DNA of 64,000 nt, from contig JBGARZ010000002.1 in the NCBI GenBank assembly GCA_044229975.1, forward strand, positions 704,001-768,000, read 5' to 3'. Positions 27,341 to 37,047 of the stretch are shown here, piece after piece (within the stretch, counting starts at the first letter, position 1; every line of letters starts with the position of its first letter). Source of the DNA: Polyangiales bacterium. Lineage in GTDB: Bacteria > Myxococcota_A > Polyangia > Polyangiales > Ga0077539. A model generated the notes under the pieces. That model saw nothing but the letters and a program-made list of their open reading frames with translations. It made no database searches and had not been told where the DNA came from. Both the position numbers and the translations under genes were made by a program.

Positions 27341-27933
27341 GAGTCATGCCTCTGGAGGGTCTGGCTCACGTAGATCGAGCGGATGTTGGTCGTGTCGGTG
27401 CTCACCGTGGAGGTCGCCGAGCGCGCGCAGTCGGAGTAGGCCGCCGGCCGAATTCCTCCCTGACGGAACCACCAGACCCGCACCTCAGCGCGGATGAGCT
27501 GGTTGGGGATGAGCGCCGTCAGCCGGACGTGCGTGCAGTAGTACGCGCGGAAGTCGGTGGTCGCGATGTCGTTGCCGAAGTAGTCGAACGCCGCGGTCTC
27601 GGTCAGCGCCGCAACGCTCGATGCGGGCGAGTCGGGGACATACCAATCGGTCGTCACCGTGCCGCCCAGCCGGGACAGGTACCAGGTGCCCGAGATGTTG
27701 CTCACCGGGTTGGTCTGCGAGGGCTGGGTCCACTGGTAGGAGTCGCGACGCAGACGATCCTGCCAGCGACGCGCGAGATTGGTCGCCATGGTGACCTCCT
27801 GGGCGCGCTGGTTCGCCCCCACGGCGGCGGTCTGCATCCCGACGATGCCGAGGATGCCCGTGGCGAGCACGCCCATCGCGGCGAGGACCTCGACCATCGT
27901 GTACCCGGCTTGCGATCGACGAGAGCGGCTCAT
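27337..27933 (-). CDS. pilV: Minor pilin, PilV-like
   Basis: QAG/YTMVEVLAAMGVLATGILGIVGMQ; ATG 27933 overlaps the upstream stop. Confidence 0.85.
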   Translation of the reverse strand: MSRSRRSQAGYTMVEVLAAMGVLATGILGIVGMQTAAVGANQRAQEVTMATNLARRWQDRLRRDSYQWTQPSQTNPVSNISGTWYLSRLGGTVTTDWYVPDSPASSVAALTETAAFDYFGNDIATTDFRAYYCTHVRLTALIPNQLIRAEVRVWWFRQGGIRPAAYSDCARSATSTVSTDTTNIRSIYVSQTLQRHDS

Positions 27934-28523
27934 GTGCGCATCCTCGGCATTCCCCCGAGGGGGATCAGGATGCGACGCGTCGCACCACCGGTCGTCTGGA
28001 ACACGTTGATCTGGAAGACGCCACCCGTGCCAAGAACGCTGCTGTCGTTGCTCCACGCCTGGCTCGTCGTGATGATCGGGTTGGTCGAGAAGAACGCTGC
28101 GCCCAGCGGCGTGTAGCAGATCTGAAGGTAGGTGGTGCCTGAGGGCACCGAAATGGTCGCCCCGAGGTTGTCGCGAGAAAAGCGCGCTTCGCTGAGGTCG
28201 AGGTTGGCGACCCGCTGCATCGGATCGAGCACGCCCGTCCCGAAGTTGGACAACCGGCACGAAGGCGACGACCCCTCGTAGGCATCGAGCCGGAGGGCGG
28301 CTCCAGCCTGCGACACGATGAGCGTCTGCGCCCGCCCGCGGTACATCGCCCTCGTGCGCACCTCACGAGCGACGTCGAGCACCGTCGTCGCCGCCTGCTG
28401 GATGCGGCGCTCACGAGACGCCTGACCCATGCCGGGCAGCGCGAGCGCCGTCACCACCCCGATGATGACGACGACGATCATCAACTCGAGGAGGGAGAAC
28501 CCGGCCTGTCGTGAGGTTGCCAT
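27930..28523 (-). CDS. Minor pilin, FimU/FimT-like
   Basis: QAG/FSLLELMIVVVIIGVVTALALP; EVRTRAM; first gene of the pilin cluster. Confidence 0.85.
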   Translation of the reverse strand: MATSRQAGFSLLELMIVVVIIGVVTALALPGMGQASRERRIQQAATTVLDVAREVRTRAMYRGRAQTLIVSQAGAALRLDAYEGSSPSCRLSNFGTGVLDPMQRVANLDLSEARFSRDNLGATISVPSGTTYLQICYTPLGAAFFSTNPIITTSQAWSNDSSVLGTGGVFQINVFQTTGGATRRILIPLGGMPRMRT

Positions 28524-28539
28524 CGCGGATCGAGACTTC

Positions 28540-28555
28540 TGCAATGCACATGCCC
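28540..28555 (-). promoter_or_regulatory. Putative sigma-54 (-24/-12) promoter of the minor pilin operon
   Basis: Minus strand reads GGGCATGTGCATTGCA, i.e. GG-N10-GC with TTGC, 16 nt upstream of the first ATG. Confidence 0.6.
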
Positions 28556-28760
28556 CTCCCCCCTCAGGCTGGAAAAGACAGCAGAATTCTTGCCCCCCCT
28601 CCCCCTCCCTCGACGGCATTTGCGTAACCGCGCAATCATTGCGGACCCCACTCAGAGGCCACCACAACGGCGCGAATGACGGCCTGGGTAGGCGTTTCGA
28701 CGACCATGGACGACCGGGCGCTTGCAGGCTCATCGCCTCGCACCGTATCACCCCGGCCCG

Positions 28761-29804
28761 ATGAACCGTACCCCCCTCTTGGTGATCTTTTCCCTGTTTG
28801 CAGCGTGTCGCAGGGAAGCGCCTCCACACCCGCCAGCGCCCCCGAGCGCCCCTCCGGCCCGGGCCCCGACGCCTGCGCCGACGCCCGGGGTCCCTCCGGC
28901 CGCCTCGGTCGACCCCCCGGCCGGGGCTGAGGCGTTTCGGGAGAGCGGTCGGTTTCTCCCCCAAGGTGTCGCTGCGCCGGGGTGGAGTCAGAGCGGGGCC
29001 GTGCGCCTCGTCAACGGACAAGAGCTCTTCCAGGTCATCGACGGCGCAGGGGCGAAGTACATCGAATACGGCTTCCGGCAGATGGCCCGTACCGACTACC
29101 GCAAGGCCGGTACGCAGCTGGTGGTGACCGCGGAGGTCTACGACATGGGCTCGGCGCTCGGGGCATTCGGGCAGTATTCTCTGCAGCTCAGCGACTCGCG
29201 CGATCCTGCTTCCATGCAACCGCGTGCCGTAGCGCACGGAGGAGGAGGATTTCTTGGCACCAGTCAGCTCGTGTTCTGGCGTGGCCAGTACTTCGTTGTC
29301 CTCAATCTCGCGGATGACTCGGGCGAGCAGGATGAGGCAGCTCTTGCCACAACCGCGCGCGAGGTGCTCCCTGCATTGGCGACAACGATGGCCGCGGCGA
29401 TTCCGGGAGAGACGTCGCCCCCCGCGCCGCCCGCTGGGATGCCGACCGACTCTCTGGTCTGGGGTGGCCTGACCTATCTCGCGAGCAACGTCCTGGGCAT
29501 CGAGCAGAGCGGTGCGGGCTGGGTCGGCCACTATCAGGTCGCGGGGGGCGCGCGCTATCGGATCGCAATCCTGTCCCGACCGTCGCCAGAGGAGGCTCGA
29601 CGGGTCCTCCTGCGGGTGCGCGAAGCGAGCGCAACGGGGCTCACGGGCATCGGCGACGAGGCCTTCGCCGGCCCCAACGTCGTCGCGGCTCGGAAGGGCA
29701 GCACCGTGATCGCGGTGGCGGGGCCCGTCCCCGAGAGCCTCACGGCGCTCCCCCGAGAAGCGCGCATCGAGCGCCTTCGGGCCGTCGTCGGGGCGCTACC
29801 CTGA
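28761..29804 (+). CDS. Lipoprotein, DUF6599-like
   Basis: Lipobox FAAC; LFQVIDGAGAKYIEYGF, EVYDMGSALGAFGQYS, FWRGQYFV. Confidence 0.7.
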   Translation: MNRTPLLVIFSLFAACRREAPPHPPAPPSAPPARAPTPAPTPGVPPAASVDPPAGAEAFRESGRFLPQGVAAPGWSQSGAVRLVNGQELFQVIDGAGAKYIEYGFRQMARTDYRKAGTQLVVTAEVYDMGSALGAFGQYSLQLSDSRDPASMQPRAVAHGGGGFLGTSQLVFWRGQYFVVLNLADDSGEQDEAALATTAREVLPALATTMAAAIPGETSPPAPPAGMPTDSLVWGGLTYLASNVLGIEQSGAGWVGHYQVAGGARYRIAILSRPSPEEARRVLLRVREASATGLTGIGDEAFAGPNVVAARKGSTVIAVAGPVPESLTALPREARIERLRAVVGALP

Positions 29805-29879
29805 CCGCGCGTAATCGGCCGCCATCGGGACGGCGAGTTGCCGCGAGGCGACCCGGACAGGTAGATTGCTCGACACGCC

Positions 29880-30977
29880 ATGAGTGCTGACCCCAGACCG
29901 ACCCGTCGAGAGCTCTTGGTGCGCGGAGGCAAGGCGCTGGGCGTCCTCGGCGCCGCGGGCCTGTCGGCCAAGATGGCCTACGACCGGGGAGGCTGGAACC
30001 TCGCGGCCGCTGCTGGTGTGCGCGAGGTTCGCGACTACCACCGCGCTGACCGCGGTGGCCCCAGCGACTTCGCCGTGGCCCGAGGCACCGCGTCGACCGC
30101 CCCGACGTCACTGGTCGAGCAGGCGCTCGCGGCCTTGGGTGGCATGGGCCGCTTCATCAGCCGCGGCGACATCGTCGTGGTGAAGCCCAACATCGGGTGG
30201 GATCGAACACCCCTCCAGGCAGCCAACACCAATCCCGAGGTGGTCGCTGCCGTCGTGCACATGGCGCTCGACGCCGGTGCGCGGAAGGTCATCGTCACCG
30301 ACGCGAGCTGCAACGACCCGGGGCGCTGCTTTCAACGAAGCGGCATCTGGGCGCGGGCGCACCGCGTCGGCGCCGAGGTGGTGCTGCCGGCGGAGCACAG
30401 GTTTCGCTCGATGCGGCTTGGCGGTGAGGTGCTCGATGACTGGCCCGTCTACCGAACGCTCATCGAGGCGGACAAGGTCATCAACTGCCCGGTGGCGAAG
30501 CACCACAACCTCGCGCGGTACACCGCGGCCATGAAGAATTGGTACGGAGTCCTCGGCGGGCGGCGCAATCGCCTCCACCAATCCATCGACGTCTCCATCG
30601 CCGATCTCGCGACCTTCATGCGGCCGTCGTTGACGGTCGTCGACGGGGTGCGGGTCATGATGCGCAACGGCCCGCAGGGCGGAAACGTCGACGACACCCA
30701 GCGCATGAACACCGTCATCGCGAGCATCGATCAGGTCGCCGCCGATGCGTTTGGCTGCACGCTCATCGGGCAGCGCCCCGAAAACCTCGCGTACCTCCGC
30801 ATGGGCGAGGAGCGACGACTCGGCACCACCCGCTGGCAGACGCTGCGCCCACGAGAGATCGCTCTGCATGACGACGGGCGCATCGAGCGGCGCGCGATCC
30901 ATGTGCCCGATGGGGTCGATCCTGCGGCGGTCGCCTTCGCGCTCAACCACGCCGATCGCGCGCTGGTGATCGTGTGA
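29880..30977 (+). CDS. DUF362 family protein with twin-arginine signal
   Basis: TRRELL Tat motif; ALGGMGRFISRGDIVVVKPNIGW, ANTNPEVV, PVAKHH, AMKNWYG, DQVAADA. Confidence 0.88.
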   Translation: MSADPRPTRRELLVRGGKALGVLGAAGLSAKMAYDRGGWNLAAAAGVREVRDYHRADRGGPSDFAVARGTASTAPTSLVEQALAALGGMGRFISRGDIVVVKPNIGWDRTPLQAANTNPEVVAAVVHMALDAGARKVIVTDASCNDPGRCFQRSGIWARAHRVGAEVVLPAEHRFRSMRLGGEVLDDWPVYRTLIEADKVINCPVAKHHNLARYTAAMKNWYGVLGGRRNRLHQSIDVSIADLATFMRPSLTVVDGVRVMMRNGPQGGNVDDTQRMNTVIASIDQVAADAFGCTLIGQRPENLAYLRMGEERRLGTTRWQTLRPREIALHDDGRIERRAIHVPDGVDPAAVAFALNHADRALVIV

Positions 30978-32887
30978 GCGGAGGAGACCTCCCCCTGCCC
31001 ATCCCGTGGCTGGGCGTCATCGGTGAGGTGCCCTCGCTCGACGGCGTCGCCGCGCCCGCGCCCGTCGTCATCGCGAAGGATCTCGTCGCACCAATGGCGG
31101 CGGTCGCCGCATCCCCAGGTGTCGCCGCAACGCCCCCGGCGCCGGGTCTCGTCGACCGGGTGCGCGGCTGGTGGCGCGCGAAGTTCAAGCCCAAGAAGCG
31201 ACCCGGTTCGGGGCTGCCCGCGCGCAAGATCATCGTCGCCCTCCGCAACACGCGGCGGGTGTCGCAGTTCGCGTTCTTCTTCCTGTTCATGTTCCTGCTG
31301 GTGCGGACAGAGTTTCGCGGGGGCTTCGCGGGCGGCGCGACCGTTCGTATGCCGTACCCCGTCGAGGCCTTCCTGCTCGCCGACCCCTTCGTCTCGCTGA
31401 TGACCTTCCTGTCGTCGCACACGGTCTACCGCGCCCTCTGGTGGAGCGTGGGGATGGTCGCGATCACGGTCGTCTTCGGCCGCGTCTTCTGCGGCTGGAT
31501 CTGCCCCTTCGGCACCCTGCACCACTTCTTTGCGTGGCTGTTTCCCAACTCCAAGAGCGGGACGGGCGGCATCCGCCGGGTGCGGGCCAACATGACCCAC
31601 CCCTACCAGAACGCGAAGTACTACCTCCTCGGCGCGTTTCTCGTGGCAGCGGTGTGCGGCAGCGCCATCGGCGGGCTCTTCGACCCGATCTGCATCTGCG
31701 TGCGCGCCATCGGTCTCGCCGTGCTCCCGGCCGTCAGCTACATCGCGGGCCGCGGCCTCGATCATGTCTCGCAGACCAACCTGCACGTGCTGCAGCATGG
31801 CAGCGACGTCACCCGCGACGCCCTCGTCGCGACCGTGCTCCAGCCACGGCAGTACTTCTTCCACCAGACCTGGGTCATCGGCGGACTGCTCTTCGCGGTG
31901 CTGCTCGCCAACCGCTGGATTCCGCGCTTCTGGTGCCGTGCGCTGTGTCCGCTCGGCGCCACGCTCGGGCTCATCGCCCGCAACGCGCTCTTCGGCATGG
32001 AGAAGGACCACTCCAAGTGCACAGACTGCAACCTCTGCCTCGTCGACTGCCAGGGGGCCGACAGCCCGCAGGGCGGCGTGAAGTGGAAGCAGGACGAGTG
32101 TCACATGTGCCTCAACTGCGAGACGGCCTGCCCCGAGGACGTCATCAAGTTCAGCTTCCTGCCCAACCGTCGCAGCGCCACGCTGGCCCAGGACGGACTC
32201 GATCGGCGCAAGGTGATCGTCGCCGCCGCGACCGGGGCCGCCGTGCTCCCGCTCGCCCGCACCAGCGACACGCTCGACAGCAACTACTACGACCGGCTCA
32301 TCCGCCCGCCGGGTTCGGTGCCCGAGCGCGACTTCATGGAGCGCTGCATCCGCTGCGCGGAGTGCATGAAGGTCTGCCCCAACAACGCCCTCCACCCGGC
32401 CTTCCTGGAGAGCGGCCTCGAAGGGTTCTGGACCCCGATTCTCATCCCGCGCATCGGGTACTGCGAGCCGACCTGCGTGCTCTGCGGACAGGTGTGCCCC
32501 ACCGGCGCCATCCAGAAGATCAACGAAGACCAGAAGCTCGGTAACCCCGTCCGACACATCGAGCCCATCAAGATCGGCACGGCGTTCTATGACCAGGGGC
32601 GGTGTCTGCCCTGGTCGATGGCGACGCCATGCATTGTCTGCGAGGAGTTCTGCCCGACGTCGCCGAAGGCCATCTGGGTCGAGGAGATCGACGTGCCCGA
32701 CCGCAATGGTCACATGGTCCATGTGCAGCGGCCCCACGTCGACCCGCAGCTCTGCATCGGCTGCGGCGCGTGCGAGAAGGTCTGCCCGGTGCAAGACCGA
32801 CCCGCCGTCTACGTCACCTCCGTTGGCGAGTCGCGCAGCCGCACCAACGTCATCCTGCTCGAGACCAGCAACTACAACCGACCTTGA
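30974..32887 (+). CDS. Membrane polyferredoxin (NapH/MauN-like domain fused to NapG/MauM-like domain)
   Basis: GRVFCGWICPFG, RFWCRALCPLG, multiple CxxCxxCxxxCP; internal DRRKVI; IRPPGS...CIRCAECMKVCP. Confidence 0.9.
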   Translation: MSGGDLPLPIPWLGVIGEVPSLDGVAAPAPVVIAKDLVAPMAAVAASPGVAATPPAPGLVDRVRGWWRAKFKPKKRPGSGLPARKIIVALRNTRRVSQFAFFFLFMFLLVRTEFRGGFAGGATVRMPYPVEAFLLADPFVSLMTFLSSHTVYRALWWSVGMVAITVVFGRVFCGWICPFGTLHHFFAWLFPNSKSGTGGIRRVRANMTHPYQNAKYYLLGAFLVAAVCGSAIGGLFDPICICVRAIGLAVLPAVSYIAGRGLDHVSQTNLHVLQHGSDVTRDALVATVLQPRQYFFHQTWVIGGLLFAVLLANRWIPRFWCRALCPLGATLGLIARNALFGMEKDHSKCTDCNLCLVDCQGADSPQGGVKWKQDECHMCLNCETACPEDVIKFSFLPNRRSATLAQDGLDRRKVIVAAATGAAVLPLARTSDTLDSNYYDRLIRPPGSVPERDFMERCIRCAECMKVCPNNALHPAFLESGLEGFWTPILIPRIGYCEPTCVLCGQVCPTGAIQKINEDQKLGNPVRHIEPIKIGTAFYDQGRCLPWSMATPCIVCEEFCPTSPKAIWVEEIDVPDRNGHMVHVQRPHVDPQLCIGCGACEKVCPVQDRPAVYVTSVGESRSRTNVILLETSNYNRP

Positions 32888-32959
32888 CCGCTTACCTGCA
32901 AGGGTAAGATGGCGTTGGTCTCCGCGGCCCGCGCGGGTCGTGGTAGAGCGCGACGCCTG

Positions 32960-34336
32960 ATGTCATCCGGACAGGTTCCACGAGAGGCGCTGCGGGGAGA
33001 CGCGAGGCTGCGGGCCGCGGAGGTGCTCACCCGCACCGAGGCCGATGGGGCGTTCGCGGTCGCCGCGCTCGATGCCGCCATCACCCGAGCGCCCCCGCTC
33101 GGAGCCCGCGACCGGGGCCTCGCGACCGAGATTGTCTACGGTGCGCTGCGCACGATTCCGGTGCTCGACGCCACGCTCGCCCGCTTCGCGAGGGACGGGG
33201 CACGCTCCATCGAGCGCCTCGATCCGTGGTCGCGCGGCGTGCTCCGGGTCGCCGTCTACCAGGTGCTCGCACTGGACCGCATCCCGCCTTCCGCCGCGGT
33301 CGATGCCGCGGTCGATGCGCTCAAGCGCTGGCGCTCCAAGGGGCTCGCGGGCTTCGCCAACGCCGTGCTCCGCAAGGTCGCGCTCGAACGCCCTGAGCCG
33401 CTCCCCGTCGATCGACGGGTGACCCTCGCGCTCGAAGCCGTCCCTGCGACGGTTCGGCGGCGCATCGGCGCGCTGATCGGCGACGGTGCGGTCGAGTCGG
33501 TGTTGCGCGCGGCGCTCGAACGCAGCGCGGTGTCGTCGATCCGGATCAACCCGAGTCGGGTGGGGCGTGAGGCGCTGGTCGAGCGACTTCAGCGTGAGCG
33601 CGCCGGGTCGGTGCTGTCGCTGGGCCAGCGGTCGGCGTTGGCGATCTCGGTCGAGCACGCCGGCGACCTGACCTACACGGGCGCCTGGAAGGAGGGGCTC
33701 TTCGACCTACAGGAAGAGGGAGCCCAGGTCGTCGCGGCGCTCGCGGGCGCGCGCCCCGGGATGGCGGTGCTCGACCTGTGCGCGGGGCGGGGTGGCAAGA
33801 CGGCCGCCATGGCGACGTCGATGGAGGGTCGCGGGACGCTGCACGCGGTCGATCAGCACCCGTCCAAGCTGGAGACGCTGCGCGCCAACCTCGGGCGCCT
33901 CGGACTGAACGAGCACCTCTCGCTGGAGACCTTCGCCGTCGACCTCACGGTGGGCGATGGAGACCTCGCGCGCGCCGCTCCCGCCGAGGGCTACGACGTG
34001 GTGATGGTCGACGCGCCGTGTTCGGGTCTGGGCACTCTGGCCCGACGTCCTGACCTCATGCTGCGACTTCGCGACGAGGCCACGTGGGCCGACCTCACGC
34101 GTGCGCAGACCGCGATCTTGAAGCGCGCGGCGCGATGGGTGCGACCGAGTGGGGCGCTGGTCTACGCGGTGTGCACGCTGACCTCCGACGAGGGCGATGA
34201 GCCCGTCCGCGCGTTGCTCGACGGCCGCGACGGGTGGGCCGCATCGCACGAGCGCACCGTGCTGCGACCCGACCTCGACGGCACCGATGGGTTCGTGATC
34301 CATCGCATCGTGCGAACCAATCGCGACGGTGCCTAG
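32960..34336 (+). CDS. rsmB: RsmB/Sun-type RNA m5C methyltransferase with NusB-like N-terminal domain
   Basis: DRGLATEIVYGALR, GFANAVLR, DLCAGRGGKT, DAPCSGLG, YAVCT. Confidence 0.85.
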   Translation: MSSGQVPREALRGDARLRAAEVLTRTEADGAFAVAALDAAITRAPPLGARDRGLATEIVYGALRTIPVLDATLARFARDGARSIERLDPWSRGVLRVAVYQVLALDRIPPSAAVDAAVDALKRWRSKGLAGFANAVLRKVALERPEPLPVDRRVTLALEAVPATVRRRIGALIGDGAVESVLRAALERSAVSSIRINPSRVGREALVERLQRERAGSVLSLGQRSALAISVEHAGDLTYTGAWKEGLFDLQEEGAQVVAALAGARPGMAVLDLCAGRGGKTAAMATSMEGRGTLHAVDQHPSKLETLRANLGRLGLNEHLSLETFAVDLTVGDGDLARAAPAEGYDVVMVDAPCSGLGTLARRPDLMLRLRDEATWADLTRAQTAILKRAARWVRPSGALVYAVCTLTSDEGDEPVRALLDGRDGWAASHERTVLRPDLDGTDGFVIHRIVRTNRDGA

Positions 34337-34371
34337 CGGCGGCCTTCGTCGGCTCTGGTACCATCGCCGCC

Positions 34372-36231
34372 GTGTCGCAGAACGATCTCGTGTTTGAGGC
34401 CCGCGACCCCTTCCTCGCGCGCACGGTAGCCGGGAAGTATCAGATCGACGCGTTCCTTGGCGCGGGGGCGATGGGGCGCGTGTACCGGGCGACGCAGCGA
34501 CCACTCGACAAGACCGTTGCGGTCAAGATCCTCAACGCAAACCTCGGCGCCGACAACGGGACGCTGCAGCGGTTTCTCCGCGAGGCGAAGGCCGCCAGCC
34601 GCTTCGACCATCCCAACTCCGTCGCGGTGTTCGACTTCGGCATCGAGCCCGACGGCACCGCCTACATCGTGATGGAGTACCTCCGCGGCGAGAGCCTCGA
34701 CGACCTCCTCCAACGAGAAGGCACCCTCCCCGCGCCCCGCTGCGTCGCGATCATGTCGCAGGTGCTCGCGGCGCTCGCGGAGGCCCACGAGGCTGGCATC
34801 GTCCACCGCGACATCAAGCCCGAAAACATCATGCTCGTCTCGCGCAGCGGCGACGACGGCGACGGCGAGACGGTGAAGGTCGCCGACTTCGGCATCGCGA
34901 AGATGCTCGACGACGACCCGCGCGCCGCGGCGAAGCTCACCGCCACGGGCATCACCCCGGGTTCGCCCGCGTACATGTCCCCGGAGCAGGCGCAGGCGAA
35001 GCCGCTCGATGGCCGCAGCGACCTCTACCAGTGCGGGGTGATCCTCTACGAGATGATCACCGGCGAGATCCCCTTCACTGCCGACAACGCCATCGGAGTC
35101 ATCCTGCTGCACATCAGCGAGCCGGCGCCGTCGGCCAGGATGCGCAACACGCGGTGCCCGGAGATGCTCGATACGATCATCACCAAGGCCATGGCGAAGA
35201 ACCCCGAGGCGAGGTTCTCCAACGCGCGTGCGATGCGGCAGGCCCTCAAGGCGGTCGCACCCGACCAGGTGATTCCAACGGGGAAGATCTCCGTCCGCGA
35301 GCGTCCTCGACCGGCCCCGCTGTCCCCGCAGCCCCAGCACTCCGGCATCGCCGACACCCTCACGAGCGTCACTGCGCCGCGCGGCGTCGCGGCCGTGCAA
35401 CCGACTCCGCCGACCAAGGCCCCCAGCGGGCCGACGCCGACCGTTCGCTGGATGCGCATCGCGCCGATCGTCGCGGTGGCAGTGGCGCTGACCGTCGCGG
35501 TGGTCTTCCTGTCTCCGCGCGAGGGGTCCGTCATGGTGGTTCCGGCGTCGAGCGCAGCACCGACGCCGACGGTCGCCCCGACCGAGGTGCCACCCCTGCC
35601 GCCGACGACACCCGAGGCAACGCCCCAGGTGATGCCGACGTCCGATCCCTCGGTTGCTCCAACGATCGCCGACGCGGCAGCGCGAGTGCAGACGACCGTC
35701 GTTGGTGGGCGCCGCCTCCCGCGAGACCGCGCCCCGTTGGCTCCAGCGACGACGCCCGTCGTGGCGCCGACGCCGGTCGTCGAGCCCACGCCCGCACCCG
35801 TCCCGACGTCGGCCGCTGAGGTTCCCCCGACACCCGTCCCCGTGGTGGCGCCCCCGCCTGCGCCCGTCGTCGTCGCTCCGGCGCCCGTGCTTCGCGGTGT
35901 GCGCGGATCGCTCACGGCGTTGCAGGCCGGTGGCGGCATCGGCCGCAACCTCCTCCAAAGTCGCGCGACGCAGGCCACCGAGGCGCTTGCGCGGTGTGTG
36001 CAGCGGGCCGCCGAGGCTCGCGGTGGCGCGTCGGCGTTTGGTTCGCCCGCGACCGTGGGCGTCGTGGTCTCGGTGCGCGACCGCCGCGCCGACGAGGTGC
36101 ACCTCACCGGGACTGGGCTCGCGAGCGGGTGCCGCGACGCTGTCCTCGGAGCGTTTCGCGGAGACCTCCCGCAGGGCGAAGACGCCGAGTACGACGTTCG
36201 GCTGAGCGTGCAGTTGGAGCCGCAGCTCTAG
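34372..36231 (+). CDS. Membrane-spanning Ser/Thr protein kinase
   Basis: GAGAMGRVY, VAVKIL, HRDIKPEN, DFG, YMSPE; TM segment IAPIVAVAVALTVAVVFL; Pro/Thr-rich linker and small C-terminal domain. Confidence 0.93.
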   Translation: MSQNDLVFEARDPFLARTVAGKYQIDAFLGAGAMGRVYRATQRPLDKTVAVKILNANLGADNGTLQRFLREAKAASRFDHPNSVAVFDFGIEPDGTAYIVMEYLRGESLDDLLQREGTLPAPRCVAIMSQVLAALAEAHEAGIVHRDIKPENIMLVSRSGDDGDGETVKVADFGIAKMLDDDPRAAAKLTATGITPGSPAYMSPEQAQAKPLDGRSDLYQCGVILYEMITGEIPFTADNAIGVILLHISEPAPSARMRNTRCPEMLDTIITKAMAKNPEARFSNARAMRQALKAVAPDQVIPTGKISVRERPRPAPLSPQPQHSGIADTLTSVTAPRGVAAVQPTPPTKAPSGPTPTVRWMRIAPIVAVAVALTVAVVFLSPREGSVMVVPASSAAPTPTVAPTEVPPLPPTTPEATPQVMPTSDPSVAPTIADAAARVQTTVVGGRRLPRDRAPLAPATTPVVAPTPVVEPTPAPVPTSAAEVPPTPVPVVAPPPAPVVVAPAPVLRGVRGSLTALQAGGGIGRNLLQSRATQATEALARCVQRAAEARGGASAFGSPATVGVVVSVRDRRADEVHLTGTGLASGCRDAVLGAFRGDLPQGEDAEYDVRLSVQLEPQL

Positions 36232-36389
36232 GATCGCCCCACTCGACGAGGCGACTCGCATTGGTTCATGGGAATGATTGGGAGTGGATCAGCGGGTACG
36301 CTCGGTCGCGTCGCTGTCATCTCCCTCCATGTCCCCGAAACGTGGCTCCGAGTGCGGCGCCGCCTGCGAACGCTCTCGGTAAACGCAAT

Positions 36390-36477
36390 TGGGACAGATT
36401 CATACCTTCGCACTGACCCACGCAGGCGCTCGCGCTGCGACTCCGAGAACTTGCGCCGAGAGCGCTGGGACAGATTC
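36390..36477 (+). repeat. 12-bp direct repeat TGGGACAGATTC, two copies
   Basis: Exact copies at 36390-36401 and 36466-36477, just inside the att-like remnant. Confidence 0.75.
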
Positions 36478-36538
36478 GCCGCTTCGCACGGTCCCATCGT
36501 GAGTCCGCCGCCTCGGGATCGAGTGCCCTCGGGACACG

Positions 36539-36808
36539 TTGAGCGTGGAGATCCGCGAGGCCGAGAAGGGCCGCATCAACGTCGGGCCTCGCAAGACGCG
36601 GGCGCGCGACGGTGAGCCGCTCGATGTGAAGGTCCTGCCGCTGCGGCTGGTGGCCGACGTCGCCGACAAAATGGACGAGGCCTGGCGCGCGAAGGGCATC
36701 AAGAACCGCATGGAGTTCTTCCGGGGGGCCAGCGGCCACTACCTCGCGCATCTCGGCGCGCGCGACGCAGCCGCGCTCTTCACGAACGCGGGCGCCACGG
36801 GCGCGTGA
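36539..36808 (+). CDS. Small protein with ribbon-helix-helix-like C-terminus (possibly 5'-truncated)
   Basis: KVLPLRL strand followed by helices VADKMDEAWRAKG and NRMEFFRGA; coding-like codon usage. Confidence 0.5.
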   Translation: MSVEIREAEKGRINVGPRKTRARDGEPLDVKVLPLRLVADVADKMDEAWRAKGIKNRMEFFRGASGHYLAHLGARDAAALFTNAGATGA

Positions 36809-36996
36809 ACGCGGCGGAATCGGAGGGGCGTCGGCAGGCCTACAACCGCCTCCGACGCCCCATGTCCGCGGAACCTCGCGGCTATTCCAAGCGCCTGAAA
36901 ACACGCGCGAAATCAACGTATTCGACCTTGGTAGGGGCGCGAACGGAAGCCGGTATGTCCTCACGCGACGGGCACTTCGCACGACGCGCCGCGGAG

Positions 36997-37047
36997 GACG
37001 ACGATGAGCACGACGACGATGAGCACGACGACGATGAGCACGACGAC
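36997..37047 (+). repeat. 15-bp tandem repeat GACGACGATGAGCAC, 3 units plus a partial unit
   Basis: Units at 36997, 37012, 37027 and partial 37042-37047; encodes MSTTT x3. Confidence 0.9.

Noticed and set aside
22015..28523. Pilin cluster looks slightly less GC-rich, possibly acquired horizontally
   Set aside because: Not quantified; Thr/Asn/Ser-rich proteins explain it and no mobility signals flank it
27930..29531. 533-aa ORF suggesting a pilin with a long N-terminal fusion; likewise the extended ORFs for secF, the GMC gene and the GntR gene
   Set aside because: Extensions overlap genuine neighbouring genes; family motifs begin at internal starts (28523, 9011, 20996, 59058)
36997..37047. 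Possible CRISPR array
   Set aside because: Contiguous tandem units with no spacers and no cas genes
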